Shown: positions 11,274 through 22,993, numbered from the stretch's first letter. The stretch: 64,000 nt of DNA from an uncultured Nitrospiraceae bacterium (GCA_963705105.1 CAVPIW010000012.1:320001-384000), one strand, 5' to 3'. Notes: a model not told the origin generated them from the letters alone. A program made the numbers and translations.

Positions 11274-12920
11274 CTATCCGCCCTGACGGGAGTTCATGGA
11301 GAGTACCGTCCTGTACTCGACAATGCCCGGCCGGCTCATCATGACCCTGCCCGCCGAATGCCTGTGCTCGAGTCCCCTGAATTCGAGGGTCTTGACATCG
11401 GCGCGGCACTTGAAGACCACGTAAAAACGGTCCTTTTTGAATTTCCTGAAGAAAAGCCCTACATTCGGAAGGAGCGCCTTCAGTATGTCTCTCTTCGCAA
11501 CCGCCTCCGCTGAAAAATAGACCCTGCACATGTCGAGCAGATTGAAACAGTTCAGTCCGTCCGAGTAAGCCTCTGCGACCGCATAGGCGACGACTTTGGA
11601 CTTCTTCGTTATGGCCCAGAGCCTCCGTGAGACGTACAGATCGAGCACCTCGTAAACCTGGGAAATCTCCCTGAGGTTGAAGTGTTTTTCATCGTAGGCA
11701 TAGCAGCCGACCTCGATAGGGTCGAGGTTCCAGTGACAGAAGCGCCGGAACTGCTCGGAGCCTTCAAGGACGTCCACGGCAAATTCTGATCCCTCGTTCA
11801 CGGTCTCGGTCTGGACAGTATGGCATTCGAAAAACTCCAGTTCGTCGAAAACGAACTTGTTCTTGTCGTCGATGTAGCTGCCGATCCTCCTGAATATCTC
11901 CTGGTGCCAGGGCAGTGAAATGTCGAAATAGGACAGATAATTTTCGCAGTAGAGGTGATCGATGAGGAAGTCGGCCAGCACGAGATAGACATCGGTTTTC
12001 GATTTCAGGTTCATTCTCGCCTCAGGCAATGAGGCGAGCTGATGGCCGAGGAATGTGCGGTCATATATCCTGAGAACGGAGCAGACGGTGAGCATCTTGT
12101 CGTCGCTGAAGTACACGGGGCTGGCCGAGATCTGCTTCTTGTCCCGTATTTTCTCGTAGGCGTCAAGCATGTTGGTAAAGGAATGCTCCATTTCCTCCCG
12201 TGATTTGAGACTCAGGTAGCCGGATTTATCATAGAGGGCGTGGACTTCTTCATCGGTGAATTCCTCGATCCAGCGGATATTCGAATAGGTCTTCCGTGCG
12301 ATGTATTTGAAAAGCTCGTAGCGGGGAAACCACTGCTGCTCGGAAATGCGCAACCCGTAGAGATAGCGGCCGTCCTTTTCCTTGCGGTAATAGCGCACGC
12401 GCCCGTCGATGCGGATCTCGGCGCCCGAATCAAGATGGAGGGTGATGTTGCGGACGATCTCCCGGCCGCTCCAGAGCTTCTCGTCACAAAGAAAAGAGAA
12501 TCCCTCGGTGCTGATATCGACGAGAGGACATTCGCAGGGATGGTCATAAAACGTCACCATCCCGCCTTTGCCTTCGCCGAACCGGTATCGCGGGAGCATT
12601 CTCCTGAAGGAGGAGTAAATGACCTGGGGCTTGTCGACGCTGTAGGTGTCATCACCGACATGCCGGAGGCGCGTTTCGAAGAGGAAAAACATCGCTTTGT
12701 TCAGGAAGGCGATCTTCACGGGATCGCCGTTGACTGACGCTGATGTCTCCGGGTTCAGCCTCACCCTGGGCTCACGGCCCTGGGAGCCGCCGAAGTAAAG
12801 CTCCGTCGGCATCTTCTTCCCGTTCAGGTGCACCGTCACGGGCACCTTTTTCTGACGGGCGAGATTGCGAAAGAGAGCCGACATGAACCGTTCGTCATGA
12901 ATTTCATGAAGTCTGCCCAT
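11274..12920 (-). CDS. PilZ-domain protein with C-terminal acyltransferase-like region
   Basis: RRMLPR (RxxxR) and DISTEG (DxSxxG) c-di-GMP motifs; ~340-aa C-terminal region, GNAT-like by inference only. Confidence 0.72.
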   Translation of the reverse strand: MGRLHEIHDERFMSALFRNLARQKKVPVTVHLNGKKMPTELYFGGSQGREPRVRLNPETSASVNGDPVKIAFLNKAMFFLFETRLRHVGDDTYSVDKPQVIYSSFRRMLPRYRFGEGKGGMVTFYDHPCECPLVDISTEGFSFLCDEKLWSGREIVRNITLHLDSGAEIRIDGRVRYYRKEKDGRYLYGLRISEQQWFPRYELFKYIARKTYSNIRWIEEFTDEEVHALYDKSGYLSLKSREEMEHSFTNMLDAYEKIRDKKQISASPVYFSDDKMLTVCSVLRIYDRTFLGHQLASLPEARMNLKSKTDVYLVLADFLIDHLYCENYLSYFDISLPWHQEIFRRIGSYIDDKNKFVFDELEFFECHTVQTETVNEGSEFAVDVLEGSEQFRRFCHWNLDPIEVGCYAYDEKHFNLREISQVYEVLDLYVSRRLWAITKKSKVVAYAVAEAYSDGLNCFNLLDMCRVYFSAEAVAKRDILKALLPNVGLFFRKFKKDRFYVVFKCRADVKTLEFRGLEHRHSAGRVMMSRPGIVEYRTVLSMNSRQGG

Positions 12921-13034
12921 TCTGATTATCCCTCACTCTTGTCGTGTGGCATTCTACGTATCCCCCGGATCAGGGGTGCGCGGGTCCCGATCGACGCATA
13001 CCCGTCTCATGAGTTTTCCCTCAGCAATATATTG

Positions 13035-13062
13035 TTATCGTCCGCAAAAAAAGAATACTTGA
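13035..13062 (-). promoter_or_regulatory. Sigma28 (FliA)-like promoter
   Basis: Minus strand TCAA-N16-GACGATAA versus consensus TAAA-N15/16-GCCGATAA, about 115 nt upstream of the PilZ gene. Confidence 0.55.
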
Positions 13063-13177
13063 ACGTGCTGTTTTATGTGTCTGAGGAGAGAAGAGTCGCG
13101 ACTTTAATGCCGGGAAGGCCTGATTGTTCGTGACCTTTTTCGAATCTCGACTGACGACGAATGACTCAACGACTTTA

Positions 13178-13390
13178 CCCTGTAGTTGCATACAAAGGCG
13201 GGGTGAAGCGCCTCAAAGCCTTGCTGAAGGCGACGATAAGCCTCGCCAGGTTCGTGTTTTAAGATTCCACTGTCTGTTTGATCAACCATAGGCTTGAAAC
13301 CTTATCTTCTGTGACGTTTATGGTGTCGCCGCATCAAGGTTTTCGGCGCATACACCCCGCCTTTCCTGGGAGTGTGTTGTAACGATAAGG
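13178..13390. mobile_element. MITE-like element, full copy, TTTA target duplication
   Basis: Same terminal repeats as 1000-1210; TTTA on both sides. Confidence 0.85.
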
Positions 13391-13482
13391 TTTACAGTGG
13401 CATATTCCCGCTTTTGCCGGACGAAGCGAGGGGGTTACGGCCGTGCGCCCGGCAGGGACCGGGCGCACGGCGATCATGATGC

Positions 13483-15648
13483 TTATGCTTTCAGATCGTC
13501 AGGACGGATGGGGAGACGGCGTATGCGTTTGCCTGTGGCGGCGAACACCGCGTTCGCCACCGCCGGCGCCACGGGGGGGACACCGGGTTCTCCGATCCCC
13601 GTCGGCCTCTCTGCACTTGGCACGATGAAGACCTCGACCTGCGGCATCTCGTTCATCCTGAGCACCGGGTAGTCGTTGAAATTGCTCTCCACAATGCGGC
13701 CGTTGTCGACGGTGATCGCGCCGTGCAGCGTCGCCGACAGGCCGAAGACGACGGCCGATTCAAGCTGTGCTGCGACCGTATCGGGATTCACCACCATGCC
13801 GCAATCGACGGCGCAGACGACGCGGTGGACCCGGACATGTCTCTCTTTAGTCACAGACACCTCGGCCACCTCGGCGATGTAGCTGTCAAAGGACTTGTGA
13901 ACCGCCATGCCCCGGAACCGCCCCTTGGGCAGGGGCTTTCCCCACCCGGACTTCTGCGCGGCCAGCTTCAGCACGCCGAGATGGCGCGGGTGACCTGCGA
14001 GCAGGGTCCGGCGGAACGCATAGGGGTCTTTTCCCGCCGCATGGGCCAGTTCGTCGATGAAGGACTCGACGACGAAGGCCGTGTGGGAATGGCCGACGGA
14101 GCGCCACCAGAGCACGGGGATGCCGATCTTCGGGGTGTGGAGGTCGACGAGGGCGTTCTGGACACGGTATGGTATATCGGAAGCGCCTTCGACGGAGGTG
14201 CCGTCGATGCCGTCCTTGATGAAGGCATTCCCGAAGAGTGTCCCCTCCATGATCGACTGCCCGACAATGGTGTGGCGCCAGGCGACGATGTTGCCCCGGC
14301 CGTCCATTCCTGCCGCAATCCGGTCGAACCAGAAGGGGCGGTAGAAGCCTCCCTTCATGTCGTCCTCCCGAGACCAGACGACTTTGACTGGTTTCCCGAC
14401 GGCCTTCGAGACCTGCACGGCCGGGATGACGAAGTCCGAGTGCGGGTTTGCCCTGCGGCCGAAGCCTCCTCCCAGAAAAGTGGTGTGCACCTTCACCTGC
14501 TCCGGCTTGAGGCCCGCTGCGCGGGCTGCCGCATCCCTGTCGACGGTCTGCATCTGTGTGCCCGTCCAGATGTCGCACCCGTCGGGCCGCACATCGGCGA
14601 CGCAGTTCAGCGGCTCCATGGTCGCGTGGGCGAGATAGGGCACCTCGTAAAACGCCTCCAGTCTTGTAAGGGCCTTTCCCATTTCCCCCTCCGCGTCACC
14701 GCGCTTCAGGGCGACGATGCCCGGCTTCTTCGACAGGCCGGCATACTGCTCCCGCTGCTGTTTGGTGCTGAAGCCAGCAAGGGGTCCCTCGTCCCAGGCG
14801 ATCTCGAGGGCATCCCTTCCTTTCGAGGCCTGCCAGAACCCTTCGGCGACGACGGCGATGCCGGCGTCGATGGAGACGACGTCCTTCACTCCTGCAACGG
14901 ACTTTGCCTTGTCGGCATTGAAGCTCTTCACCGTTGCACCGAAGAGAGGTTTCCTCGCCACGACGGCGGTGAGCATGCCGGGCACTTTGACGTCGAGACC
15001 GAAAACGGCAGAGCCGTCGACCTTTGCAGGTGTGTCGAGGCGTTTCACGGGTTTTCCGATGAGCTTGAACTGTGATGGTTTCTTCAGCTTCACCTCTTTC
15101 GGCACGGGCAGGGCTGCCGCTTTTCCGGCCAGTTGACCGAAGTCGAGTTTCTTCCCGCTCTTATGGATCACCTTCCCTTTTTCCGCCCTGCAGGCTGACC
15201 TGTCGGCCTTCCATGTTTCAGCAGCCGCCGTGATCAGCATCTCCCTCGCCGTCGCTCCTGCCGTCCTGAAACGGTCCCACTCGCTCGTCACGCTCGTGCT
15301 GCCGCCTGTCCCCTGGATCGGTCCCCACTGGGTGTGGTTGTACGCGGGATCGACCGGTGCAGCCTCGACGCGGATCTTCGACCAGTCTGCATCGAGTTCT
15401 TCGGCGATGAGCATGGGAAGGGATGTATAGACTCCCTGGCCCATTTCGGACTTGTTGACGATGACGGTCACGGAACCGTCGGTGCCGACGCGTATGAAGG
15501 CGTTGGGCCTGAACAATGATGAGGGCGGGTCTGTCTGGCCGCCTGATGCAAAGTCGGCGGAAAGAGAAAAGCCCAGAACGAGGCCGCCGCCCAGAAGGGC
15601 GCCGGTTTTCAGAAAATCCCTGCGGCTCATATTCACAATGTCACTCAT
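13483..15648 (-). CDS. Xanthine dehydrogenase family molybdopterin subunit (IorB-like), Tat-exported
   Basis: SRRDFLK Tat motif, [23 protein letters not shown]. Confidence 0.92.
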   Translation of the reverse strand: MSDIVNMSRRDFLKTGALLGGGLVLGFSLSADFASGGQTDPPSSLFRPNAFIRVGTDGSVTVIVNKSEMGQGVYTSLPMLIAEELDADWSKIRVEAAPVDPAYNHTQWGPIQGTGGSTSVTSEWDRFRTAGATAREMLITAAAETWKADRSACRAEKGKVIHKSGKKLDFGQLAGKAAALPVPKEVKLKKPSQFKLIGKPVKRLDTPAKVDGSAVFGLDVKVPGMLTAVVARKPLFGATVKSFNADKAKSVAGVKDVVSIDAGIAVVAEGFWQASKGRDALEIAWDEGPLAGFSTKQQREQYAGLSKKPGIVALKRGDAEGEMGKALTRLEAFYEVPYLAHATMEPLNCVADVRPDGCDIWTGTQMQTVDRDAAARAAGLKPEQVKVHTTFLGGGFGRRANPHSDFVIPAVQVSKAVGKPVKVVWSREDDMKGGFYRPFWFDRIAAGMDGRGNIVAWRHTIVGQSIMEGTLFGNAFIKDGIDGTSVEGASDIPYRVQNALVDLHTPKIGIPVLWWRSVGHSHTAFVVESFIDELAHAAGKDPYAFRRTLLAGHPRHLGVLKLAAQKSGWGKPLPKGRFRGMAVHKSFDSYIAEVAEVSVTKERHVRVHRVVCAVDCGMVVNPDTVAAQLESAVVFGLSATLHGAITVDNGRIVESNFNDYPVLRMNEMPQVEVFIVPSAERPTGIGEPGVPPVAPAVANAVFAATGKRIRRLPIRPDDLKA

Positions 15649-16109
15649 GATTTCCCTCCTCTTTCCATCATAGCCGACGCCTTGTGAATCGCTTTGCGGA
15701 TGCGCTGGTAGGTCCCGCAGCGGCAGATCACCCCTGAAAGGAACTCGTCGATGTCGGCGTCGCTCGGCTTCGGCTTCCTGCCGAGAAGGGAGGCCGCCTC
15801 CATCATCTGTCCGGGCTGACAGTAACCGCACTGCGGGACGTCATCCGAAATCCATGCCCTCTTGACGGGATGATTTTCAGGGAGGCCCTCGATAGTGACG
15901 ATTTTCTTGCCCTGTGCTTCCCTGACGGGCGTCTGACAGGACCTCCGGGCCTCTCCGTCGATATGGACGGTGCAGGCGCCGCAGAGGGCGATGCCGCAGC
16001 CGTATTTCGTGCCCGTGAGACCTATCTGTTCCCGTATGACCCAGAGCAGGGGTGTGTCAGGACTTGCGTCAACGTCATACTTTTTCCCATTCACATCAAG
16101 TACGATCAT
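15645..16109 (-). CDS. (2Fe-2S)-binding subunit (IorA-like)
   Basis: [30 protein letters not shown]. Confidence 0.93.
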   Translation of the reverse strand: MIVLDVNGKKYDVDASPDTPLLWVIREQIGLTGTKYGCGIALCGACTVHIDGEARRSCQTPVREAQGKKIVTIEGLPENHPVKRAWISDDVPQCGYCQPGQMMEAASLLGRKPKPSDADIDEFLSGVICRCGTYQRIRKAIHKASAMMERGGKS

Positions 16110-16482
16110 GCGACCCTCCTTATCAGGTGAGACGGTCAGAACGGCTCAGCATGTGCCGATCACAATCCTGTGCCCCGCATCATGCACTCTGTCCATTGTC
16201 TGTATACAACTATACCGCAAAAAGAAAGACGATACAACCGACATCGTGCGAGTGTCGGTATCAGTTTCAGTGTCAGTGAAATAGGGACTCTTAATGACTC
16301 AATAACTATTGGCTGTCACGGGGGCATCTCTCCCCGCATTTGCAGCGATAAGGACAAGTTTGTTTTATCTATGAACGCCGTCGTGAACTTGCGATTTTTT
16401 CCCCGTATTGTTAGTATAGACATTAACGTTTTTTCCCGCATGTGTAAGTTTCTCTGACAAAAAGTCTATCAGGAGGTGTTAT

Positions 16483-16830
16483 ATGCCTTTTTTCGATCTC
16501 GTCAGTGACGCCTTTGCCATGGCGCCGTCGCAGACAGGCGGTCAGTCAGGCGGTATCCAGGGTATGCTTTCGAGCCTGCTGCCCCTGGTCCTCATCTTCG
16601 TCATCTTCTATTTCCTCCTTATCAGGCCCCAGCAGAAGAAGGCCAAGGAGCACAAGCAGATGCTTGACAATATCAAGAAGGGAGATAAGGTGGTCACGGC
16701 GGGGGGTATATACGGCGTCGTCGACAGCGTCGGCACAAACACCATGACCATCAAGATCGGCGAGAATACGAAGGTCAAATTCGGCAAGGGATACATCGTG
16801 TCAGTCCGTCCCGACTCGGAAGAGGATTAG
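16483..16830 (+). CDS. yajC: Preprotein translocase subunit YajC
   Basis: FYFLLIRPQQKK, KGDKVVTAGGIYG; upstream of secD. Confidence 0.96.
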   Translation: MPFFDLVSDAFAMAPSQTGGQSGGIQGMLSSLLPLVLIFVIFYFLLIRPQQKKAKEHKQMLDNIKKGDKVVTAGGIYGVVDSVGTNTMTIKIGENTKVKFGKGYIVSVRPDSEED

Positions 16831-16850
16831 AGGGCTGAGGCGGGCCATCG

Positions 16851-18470
16851 ATGAAAAGGGGAATAATCTGGAGAGCACTCCTCATCGTCTTTACGGTTCT
16901 CTTGTCCGCCGTTTTTTTCCTCCCGAACCTGGGAATCTTCGGGAGTATGCCCGATTGGTGGAAAAAGACCATGCCGAACAAGGGGATCGTTCTGGGGCTC
17001 GACCTTCAGGGAGGGCTTCATCTCGTCTTCGAGGTCGAGGGAGACAAGGCCGTCGAGATCGCGACGGAACGGGCCGTGACGGTGTTAGGGGGGGTGTTTG
17101 AGCGGAAGAAGATGCAGGCCCAGGCGAAACGGCAGGGACTGGATATCGTCATCACACCTTCGACGCCCGAGGTAAGGAAGGTGATCGAGGAGACGTACCC
17201 TCAACTGACCCTTGCCGAATCGAGCCCCCTCACGTACCGCATGTCAGCGGCGGAGCAGCAGAGGATAAAGGATACGGCGACCGATCAGGTCGTCGAGATC
17301 ATCCGCAACAGGATCGACCAGTTCGGCGTCGCCGAGCCGACCATCCACCGTCAGTCGCAGAATGAGATCGTCGTCCAGTTGCCGGGCGTGAAGGACCCGA
17401 AACGGGCTGTGGATGTAATCGGCAAGACGGCGCTCCTCGAGTTCAAGATCGTCGATGATGTATCGCCCGTCGCAGCCGAGCTGCCGCCGACCGTTCTGCC
17501 CGGAGAGGAGGATGCCGTGCTCGGGAAGCTGAAAGGCCGGATCGCGGAAGACACGGAGGTCCTCTTCCAGAGGGATGTCAACAAGGAAACGGGTGTGGTG
17601 ACGAAACGGCCCATCCTGCTGAAGAAGCAGACCCTTCTCACCGGTGAAGCCCTCACGGAGGCGAAAGTCGCCATCGACCAGCGGTATAACGAATACTACG
17701 TATCGATTACGTTCAACGCCACGGGGGCAAAGATCTTCGAGGACATCACCGCCGAGAACGTGAAGAAGAGACTCGCCATCATCCTCGACGGGAACGTCTA
17801 CTCGGCTCCCGTCATCCAGGAGAGGATCGCCGGCGGAAATGCCCAGATTACGGGCAATTTCACGATGGACGACTCAAAGGACCTCGCCATCGTCCTCAGG
17901 GCGGGCGCCCTGCCGGCGCCTGTCAAGACCCTGCAGAACGTGACGGTCGGTCCGTCCCTCGGACGGGACTCCATCGAGGCTGGTACAATGGCAGGGATGA
18001 TCGGGACTATCCTTGTCGTCATCTTCATGATCATCTATTACAGGTTGTCAGGTGTGATCGCCGATTTCGCCCTCATGCTGAACATCCTCCTCCTCATCGG
18101 GGCGATGGCCGCCCTCAACGCGACGCTCACCATGCCGGGCATCGCGGGCATCATCCTCGCAATCGGCATGGCCGTCGATTCGAACGTCCTCATGTTCGAA
18201 CGGATGAGGGAAGAGCTGAGGACGGGAAAAACGCCTGTTGCGGCTGTCGAGGGGGGATACAAGAAGGCCTTCTGGACGATTTTCGATTCCCATGTCACGA
18301 CCCTCCTGACGGCCCTCGTCCTGTTCCAGTTCGGCACGGGCCCCATTAAGGGATTCGCCGTCACGCTGAGCCTGGGCGTGGCGATCAACCTTTTTACAGC
18401 CCTCATCGGGACAAAGACCGTTTTTGACATTATCCACTCAGGAAAGGAAGTCAAGAGTCTGAGCATATGA
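16851..18470 (+). CDS. secD: Protein translocase subunit SecD
   Basis: [35 protein letters not shown]. Confidence 0.97.
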   Translation: MKRGIIWRALLIVFTVLLSAVFFLPNLGIFGSMPDWWKKTMPNKGIVLGLDLQGGLHLVFEVEGDKAVEIATERAVTVLGGVFERKKMQAQAKRQGLDIVITPSTPEVRKVIEETYPQLTLAESSPLTYRMSAAEQQRIKDTATDQVVEIIRNRIDQFGVAEPTIHRQSQNEIVVQLPGVKDPKRAVDVIGKTALLEFKIVDDVSPVAAELPPTVLPGEEDAVLGKLKGRIAEDTEVLFQRDVNKETGVVTKRPILLKKQTLLTGEALTEAKVAIDQRYNEYYVSITFNATGAKIFEDITAENVKKRLAIILDGNVYSAPVIQERIAGGNAQITGNFTMDDSKDLAIVLRAGALPAPVKTLQNVTVGPSLGRDSIEAGTMAGMIGTILVVIFMIIYYRLSGVIADFALMLNILLLIGAMAALNATLTMPGIAGIILAIGMAVDSNVLMFERMREELRTGKTPVAAVEGGYKKAFWTIFDSHVTTLLTALVLFQFGTGPIKGFAVTLSLGVAINLFTALIGTKTVFDIIHSGKEVKSLSI

Positions 18471-19396
18471 TAGAACTGATAAAGAATACAAAAATCGACT
18501 TCATGGGGAAGAGGGTCTACGCCTTCATCGTCTCGGGGCTGTTGTCCCTTCTCGGTATTTTTGCCATGGTGCAGATCGGGCTCGGTAATGCCAATCTCGG
18601 AGTCGACTTCGCCGGGGGAACGGCGGTCCAGATCAAGTTCGAAAAGTCGCCGGTGCTTCATGACATCCGCCTGGCCCTCGAGGAAGGGGGGCTCAGGGAC
18701 TTCGACCTTCAGGACCTCCCGACGGAGAACAAAGTCCTCATCAGGGTCAAGAAGCATGAGGACAAACTGGGCGGTTTTTCCGAGCGGATCACGGCGATTC
18801 TGCAGCAGAAATTCGGTGACAGGAAGCCTGTTGTCGATTCGACGACGGAGATCGGGCCGAAGGTGGGATCGAAGCTCAGGCAGGACGCCCTCTGGGCGAT
18901 CCTCATCGGGACGGGCGGCATCCTCGTCTATATAGCCTTCCGGTTTCAGATCAGGTTCGGCATCGGCGCGACGGTGGCCACCTTTCATGATGTCCTTGCC
19001 GTCCTCGGCATCTTCTATCTGCTCAACAAGGAGATCAACCTGATCCTCCTGAGCGCCCTCCTGACGATCGCCGGTTACTCCCTCACCGACACGGTTGTCG
19101 TCTTCGACCGGATCAGGGAGAACCTCAAGAAGAACCTGAAGGACCCCGTCGATGCCGTCATCAACAGGAGCATCAACGAGGTCCTCTCGAGGACCATCGT
19201 CACGAGCCTCACCGTCTTTCTCGCCGATATCGCGCTCTACTTCTTCGGCGGCGAGGTCATCCATGATTTCGCACTCGCCATACTCATCGGTCTCTTCATC
19301 GGCACCTATTCGTCAATTTTTGTGGCAAGCCCCGTCGTCGTGCTCCTCGGCAAGAGCGGGCAGCCGTCGGCGATCATCACGAAGAAGCGATCCTGA
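18467..19396 (+). CDS. secF: Protein translocase subunit SecF
   Basis: [32 protein letters not shown]. Confidence 0.97.
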   Translation: MIELIKNTKIDFMGKRVYAFIVSGLLSLLGIFAMVQIGLGNANLGVDFAGGTAVQIKFEKSPVLHDIRLALEEGGLRDFDLQDLPTENKVLIRVKKHEDKLGGFSERITAILQQKFGDRKPVVDSTTEIGPKVGSKLRQDALWAILIGTGGILVYIAFRFQIRFGIGATVATFHDVLAVLGIFYLLNKEINLILLSALLTIAGYSLTDTVVVFDRIRENLKKNLKDPVDAVINRSINEVLSRTIVTSLTVFLADIALYFFGGEVIHDFALAILIGLFIGTYSSIFVASPVVVLLGKSGQPSAIITKKRS

Positions 19397-19461
19397 GTCC
19401 CTGTCATGGAGCGCCCGGGATCCGGAGATATGCCGTGTCATAGGGTTGTGCCGGACTGACC

Positions 19462-21198
19462 GTGATGAACGGAGCGGCCTGCCGATGGGTTGTCAACAGG
19501 ACCAATCCTGAATTCATTTCCTATTTTTCGCGGATCGCCGACCTGTCGCCGGTCCTTGCCCAGATCCTCGTGAACCGGGGGATCAATACGCCGGCGCTTC
19601 TCGCTCCCTTCCTCAGACCCGGTCTGGCACAGTTGTCCGATTCCTTCGACCTCCCGGGTCTGAACATCGCCCTCGGCAGGATCGCCGAGGCGAAACAGCG
19701 GGGTGAGCGGGTCCTCGTTCACGGCGATTACGACGCGGACGGCGTGACGGCGACGGCGATTATGGTCGAGGGGCTGCGCTCCTACGGCCTGGACGTCCAT
19801 TTTTTCATCCCCAACAGGATGCTTCACGGCTACGGCTTCAACCATGACGGTGTCAGGAGGGCGAGAGAGCTCGGCGCCTCCCTCATCGTAACCGTCGACT
19901 GCGGGATCACGTCCTTCGACGCGGTCTGTGACGCCGGCAATCACGGGATCGATGTGATCATCACCGATCACCACGAGCCCGCTGCCCCCGGGGAGCATGC
20001 CGGTGCAGACGGACAGCCCTTTGTTATCCCCCCGGCCTTGTCCGTCGTGAACCCGAGGCTCCTGGCCGGAGAGTCCCCTTTGCGGCTCCTCTCCGGAGCG
20101 GGCGTCGCCTTCCACCTCATCTACGCCCTGTTCAAAGGGGAGACGGATCGGATCTTCCACCTCCTCGACCTCGCCGCCCTCGGGACGATGGCCGATGTGG
20201 TCCCCGTTATCGCCGACAACAGGGTGCTCGTCCATGAAGGCATGAAGCTCATCGGGGAGGGCCGGCGGGCCGGGCTGAGGGCGCTCAAGGACGTCGCGGG
20301 ATTGAGGCGCGACAGGATGCGGTCGTCCGATCTCGCCTATGTGCTGGTGCCGAGGCTCAACGCGGCGGGACGGATGGACGACGCGACGGCCGTGGTGGAG
20401 CTGCTCCTCTCGGTGTCGGAGGAGAAGGCGGCGGAACTGGCTGCATGGCTCAATGCATTGAATGTAAGAAGGCAGGAGGTGGAGGAGAAGGTCTACAGGG
20501 AGGCGCAGGAGATGATGGAGCGGCTTGATGACCGCGCCGGTGCCATCGTGCTCGCTTCCGAAGGGTGGCACCAGGGAGTCGTGGGCATCGTGGCATCGAG
20601 GATCGCCGAGGAGTTTTACCGTCCGACCTTCATCCTCTCCGTTGACAACGGGGTGGCGAGGGGGTCCGGCCGGAGCATCCCGCCCTTTGATCTTCATGAC
20701 GCCTTGATCGCATGCAGGCATGTCCTCGCAAAATTCGGCGGACACCGCCAGGCGGCCGGCGTCAGCCTCGATCCCTGCCGGGTCGAGGAGTTCAGGCAGA
20801 TGCTTTCGGGGATCCTGGCCGAAAGGGTCGGACAGGACGATCTGTCGCCTGTTCTCCGTCTCGACTCGGTCGTGAAGATTTCCGATATCAGCCGAAACTT
20901 CATCCGGGAAATTTCTATGCTCGAACCCTTCGGCCACGGCAATGAAGAGCCCCTTTTCGGCGCACGGGGGCTCGATGTGCTGAACTGCCGGGTCGTGGGA
21001 AACAGGCATCTCAAGATGTACCTCAAACAGGACGGCTGGTCCATCGACGGCATCGCCTTCAACATGGGTGACCGCGCAGGGGACCTTGGGGGACGGGCTT
21101 GCATCGATGCGGCCTTCTGCCCGGCAATCCATACGTGGGATGGAACGGAATATCTCCAGCTCCAGGTGAAGGCGATCCGGCCTTCGGCGGAGAGGTGA
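19462..21198 (+). CDS. recJ: ssDNA exonuclease RecJ
   Basis: GDYDADG, VDCG, ITDHH, PRLNAAGR, GSGRS, FGGH. Confidence 0.96.
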   Translation: MMNGAACRWVVNRTNPEFISYFSRIADLSPVLAQILVNRGINTPALLAPFLRPGLAQLSDSFDLPGLNIALGRIAEAKQRGERVLVHGDYDADGVTATAIMVEGLRSYGLDVHFFIPNRMLHGYGFNHDGVRRARELGASLIVTVDCGITSFDAVCDAGNHGIDVIITDHHEPAAPGEHAGADGQPFVIPPALSVVNPRLLAGESPLRLLSGAGVAFHLIYALFKGETDRIFHLLDLAALGTMADVVPVIADNRVLVHEGMKLIGEGRRAGLRALKDVAGLRRDRMRSSDLAYVLVPRLNAAGRMDDATAVVELLLSVSEEKAAELAAWLNALNVRRQEVEEKVYREAQEMMERLDDRAGAIVLASEGWHQGVVGIVASRIAEEFYRPTFILSVDNGVARGSGRSIPPFDLHDALIACRHVLAKFGGHRQAAGVSLDPCRVEEFRQMLSGILAERVGQDDLSPVLRLDSVVKISDISRNFIREISMLEPFGHGNEEPLFGARGLDVLNCRVVGNRHLKMYLKQDGWSIDGIAFNMGDRAGDLGGRACIDAAFCPAIHTWDGTEYLQLQVKAIRPSAER

Positions 21199-21232
21199 GG
21201 AATTTGGATACAGAAATAGGGAGGCTTGCAGC

Positions 21233-22030
21233 ATGAAAATAACGATCCAGGACTTTCTTCGCAAAAAACAGGAGCAGCAGAAGATCACCATGCTCACCGC
21301 CTATGATTACCCCTTCGCGCGGATCCTCGACGAGGCGGGCATCGATGCGATCCTCGTCGGAGACTCCCTCGGCATGGTCGTACAGGGGCTGGAAAACACC
21401 CTGCCGGTGACGATGGATGAGATGATCTACCACACAAAGATGGTAATCCGGGCGACTCAGCGGGCCATGGTGATCGGCGATATGCCCTACCTGTCCTACC
21501 AAACGGGTGTCGGCGACGCTGTGAGAAACGGGGGCAGGTTTCTGAAGGAAGCAGGCGCCCAGGCGATAAAAATGGAAGGGGGACGGGAGGTGGCAGACCA
21601 GGTGTCGGCACTCACGAAATCTGAGGTGCCCGTCATGGCCCACATCGGTCTCACCCCGCAGGCGATCCACAGGATGGGAGGCTACAAGGTCCAGGGAAGG
21701 ACCGGGGAGGCGGCCGAAAAACTTTACGAGGACGCCCTGATCCTCCAGGATGCAGGAGCCTTCGCTCTCCTCCTCGAGGCGATCCCCGCCGACCTCGCCC
21801 GGCGGATCACGGAGGAGCTGACGATCCCGACGATCGGCATCGGCGCCGGTCCCCAGTGCGACGGCCAGGTGCTCGTCCTCCACGACGTCATTGGTCTCTT
21901 CGAGAGGTTCGTGCCGAAATTCATCAAGCAGTACGCGAACCTTAAGGTCGAGGCCGTCAGGGCCGTCAGACAATACAAAGAGGAGGTCGAGCAGGGGCTC
22001 TTCCCGACGAAGGAACAGTCTTTCTCGTGA
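21233..22030 (+). CDS. panB: 3-methyl-2-oxobutanoate hydroxymethyltransferase
   Basis: MLTAYD, LVGDSLG, HIGLTPQ, IGIGAG..CDGQVLV. Confidence 0.97.
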   Translation: MKITIQDFLRKKQEQQKITMLTAYDYPFARILDEAGIDAILVGDSLGMVVQGLENTLPVTMDEMIYHTKMVIRATQRAMVIGDMPYLSYQTGVGDAVRNGGRFLKEAGAQAIKMEGGREVADQVSALTKSEVPVMAHIGLTPQAIHRMGGYKVQGRTGEAAEKLYEDALILQDAGAFALLLEAIPADLARRITEELTIPTIGIGAGPQCDGQVLVLHDVIGLFERFVPKFIKQYANLKVEAVRAVRQYKEEVEQGLFPTKEQSFS

Positions 22031-22036
22031 GCACCG

Positions 22037-22648
22037 TCAGGCAGGGTCTGACCTTTTGGCGGATGCGCTTTTCCTGATCTTTTCGACGTCGCCCCAGACC
22101 TGCCTGATGAATGATTCACGGCCCGAGCCGATTTTGTACATCCGGTAGTGAAGGGGGCTCTTTTCGGAATACCGCTGGTGGTATTCCTCGGCGGGATAGA
22201 AAGTCGGGGCGGGCACGATTTCCGTTACGACCGGCGACGTGAACTTTCCGGACTTCGCAATCGCCTCCTTTGACGCCACGGCGAGCCGCCGCTGTTCCTC
22301 CGAATGGTAAAAGACCGCCGTGCGGTACTGGGTCCCCATATCGGCAAACTGGCGGTTCATGGCCGTCGGATCGATGTTCCTCCAGAAGACGTCGAGGAGC
22401 TCTTCGTAGCTGATCCGGCCCGGGTCATAGAGGATCTCGACGGCTTCGGCATGACCGGTCGACCCCGAACAGACTTCTTCATATGTGGGATTCAGCGTAT
22501 GCCCGCCCGTATAACCGACCCTCGTCGAGATGACGCCGGGAAGTTTTTCGTAGGGCGGCTGCATGCACCAGAAACAGCCGCCCGCGAACGTGGCCTTCTC
22601 GTAATCTTCAGGATTGTCATGGCCCATCTCAGTCCCTCTTTCCTTCAT
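22037..22648 (-). CDS. msrA: Peptide-methionine (S)-S-oxide reductase
   Basis: FAGGCFWC, GYTGG, GHAEAV, AEEYHQ. Confidence 0.96.
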   Translation of the reverse strand: MKERGTEMGHDNPEDYEKATFAGGCFWCMQPPYEKLPGVISTRVGYTGGHTLNPTYEEVCSGSTGHAEAVEILYDPGRISYEELLDVFWRNIDPTAMNRQFADMGTQYRTAVFYHSEEQRRLAVASKEAIAKSGKFTSPVVTEIVPAPTFYPAEEYHQRYSEKSPLHYRMYKIGSGRESFIRQVWGDVEKIRKSASAKRSDPA

Positions 22649-22680
22649 GGCCGCCCCCTCCTCACCATCTGATCTCTTTA

Positions 22681-22765
22681 CCTTAGCATTGCATGAGGAC
22701 CTCCGGCAAGGCGGGGCGAGGATGCCGAAAAGCCCTGGTGCTGCGAAACCTTTGCCTTCACATAT
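22681..22765. mobile_element. Partial inverted MITE end
   Basis: aaggcggggcgaggatgccgaaaagcc..gtgctgcgaaacctttgccttc, similar to 32890-32945. Confidence 0.7.
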
Positions 22766-22772
22766 AGATTAT

Positions 22773-22984
22773 CCCACTAGTTGCATTGAAAGGCGGGGCG
22801 AAACGCCTCAAAGCCTTGCTGAAGGCGACGATACGCCTCGTCATCTTCGTGTTTCAGGATTTCACTCTTTGTGTCATCGACCATTAGAGTATAGTTCATC
22901 TTTCGTTTTGATACAGGTGTCGCCGCAGCAAGGTTTTCGGCGCATACGCCCCGCCTTTCCCGGGCGTGCATTGCAACGATAAGG
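22773..22984. mobile_element. MITE-like element, full copy, TTAT target duplication
   Basis: Terminal repeats; TTAT on both sides; near-identical to 53988-54199. Confidence 0.88.
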
Positions 22985-22993
22985 TTATCAATC

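Noticed and set aside
13723..21973. Long antisense ORFs (13723-15075, 18038-19264, 19438-21297, 21059-21973)
   Set aside because: Shadows of well-supported genes on the opposite strand, expected in GC-rich DNA.
22037..22648. Selenocysteine form of MsrA
   Set aside because: The active site is an ordinary GCFWC with Cys codons.
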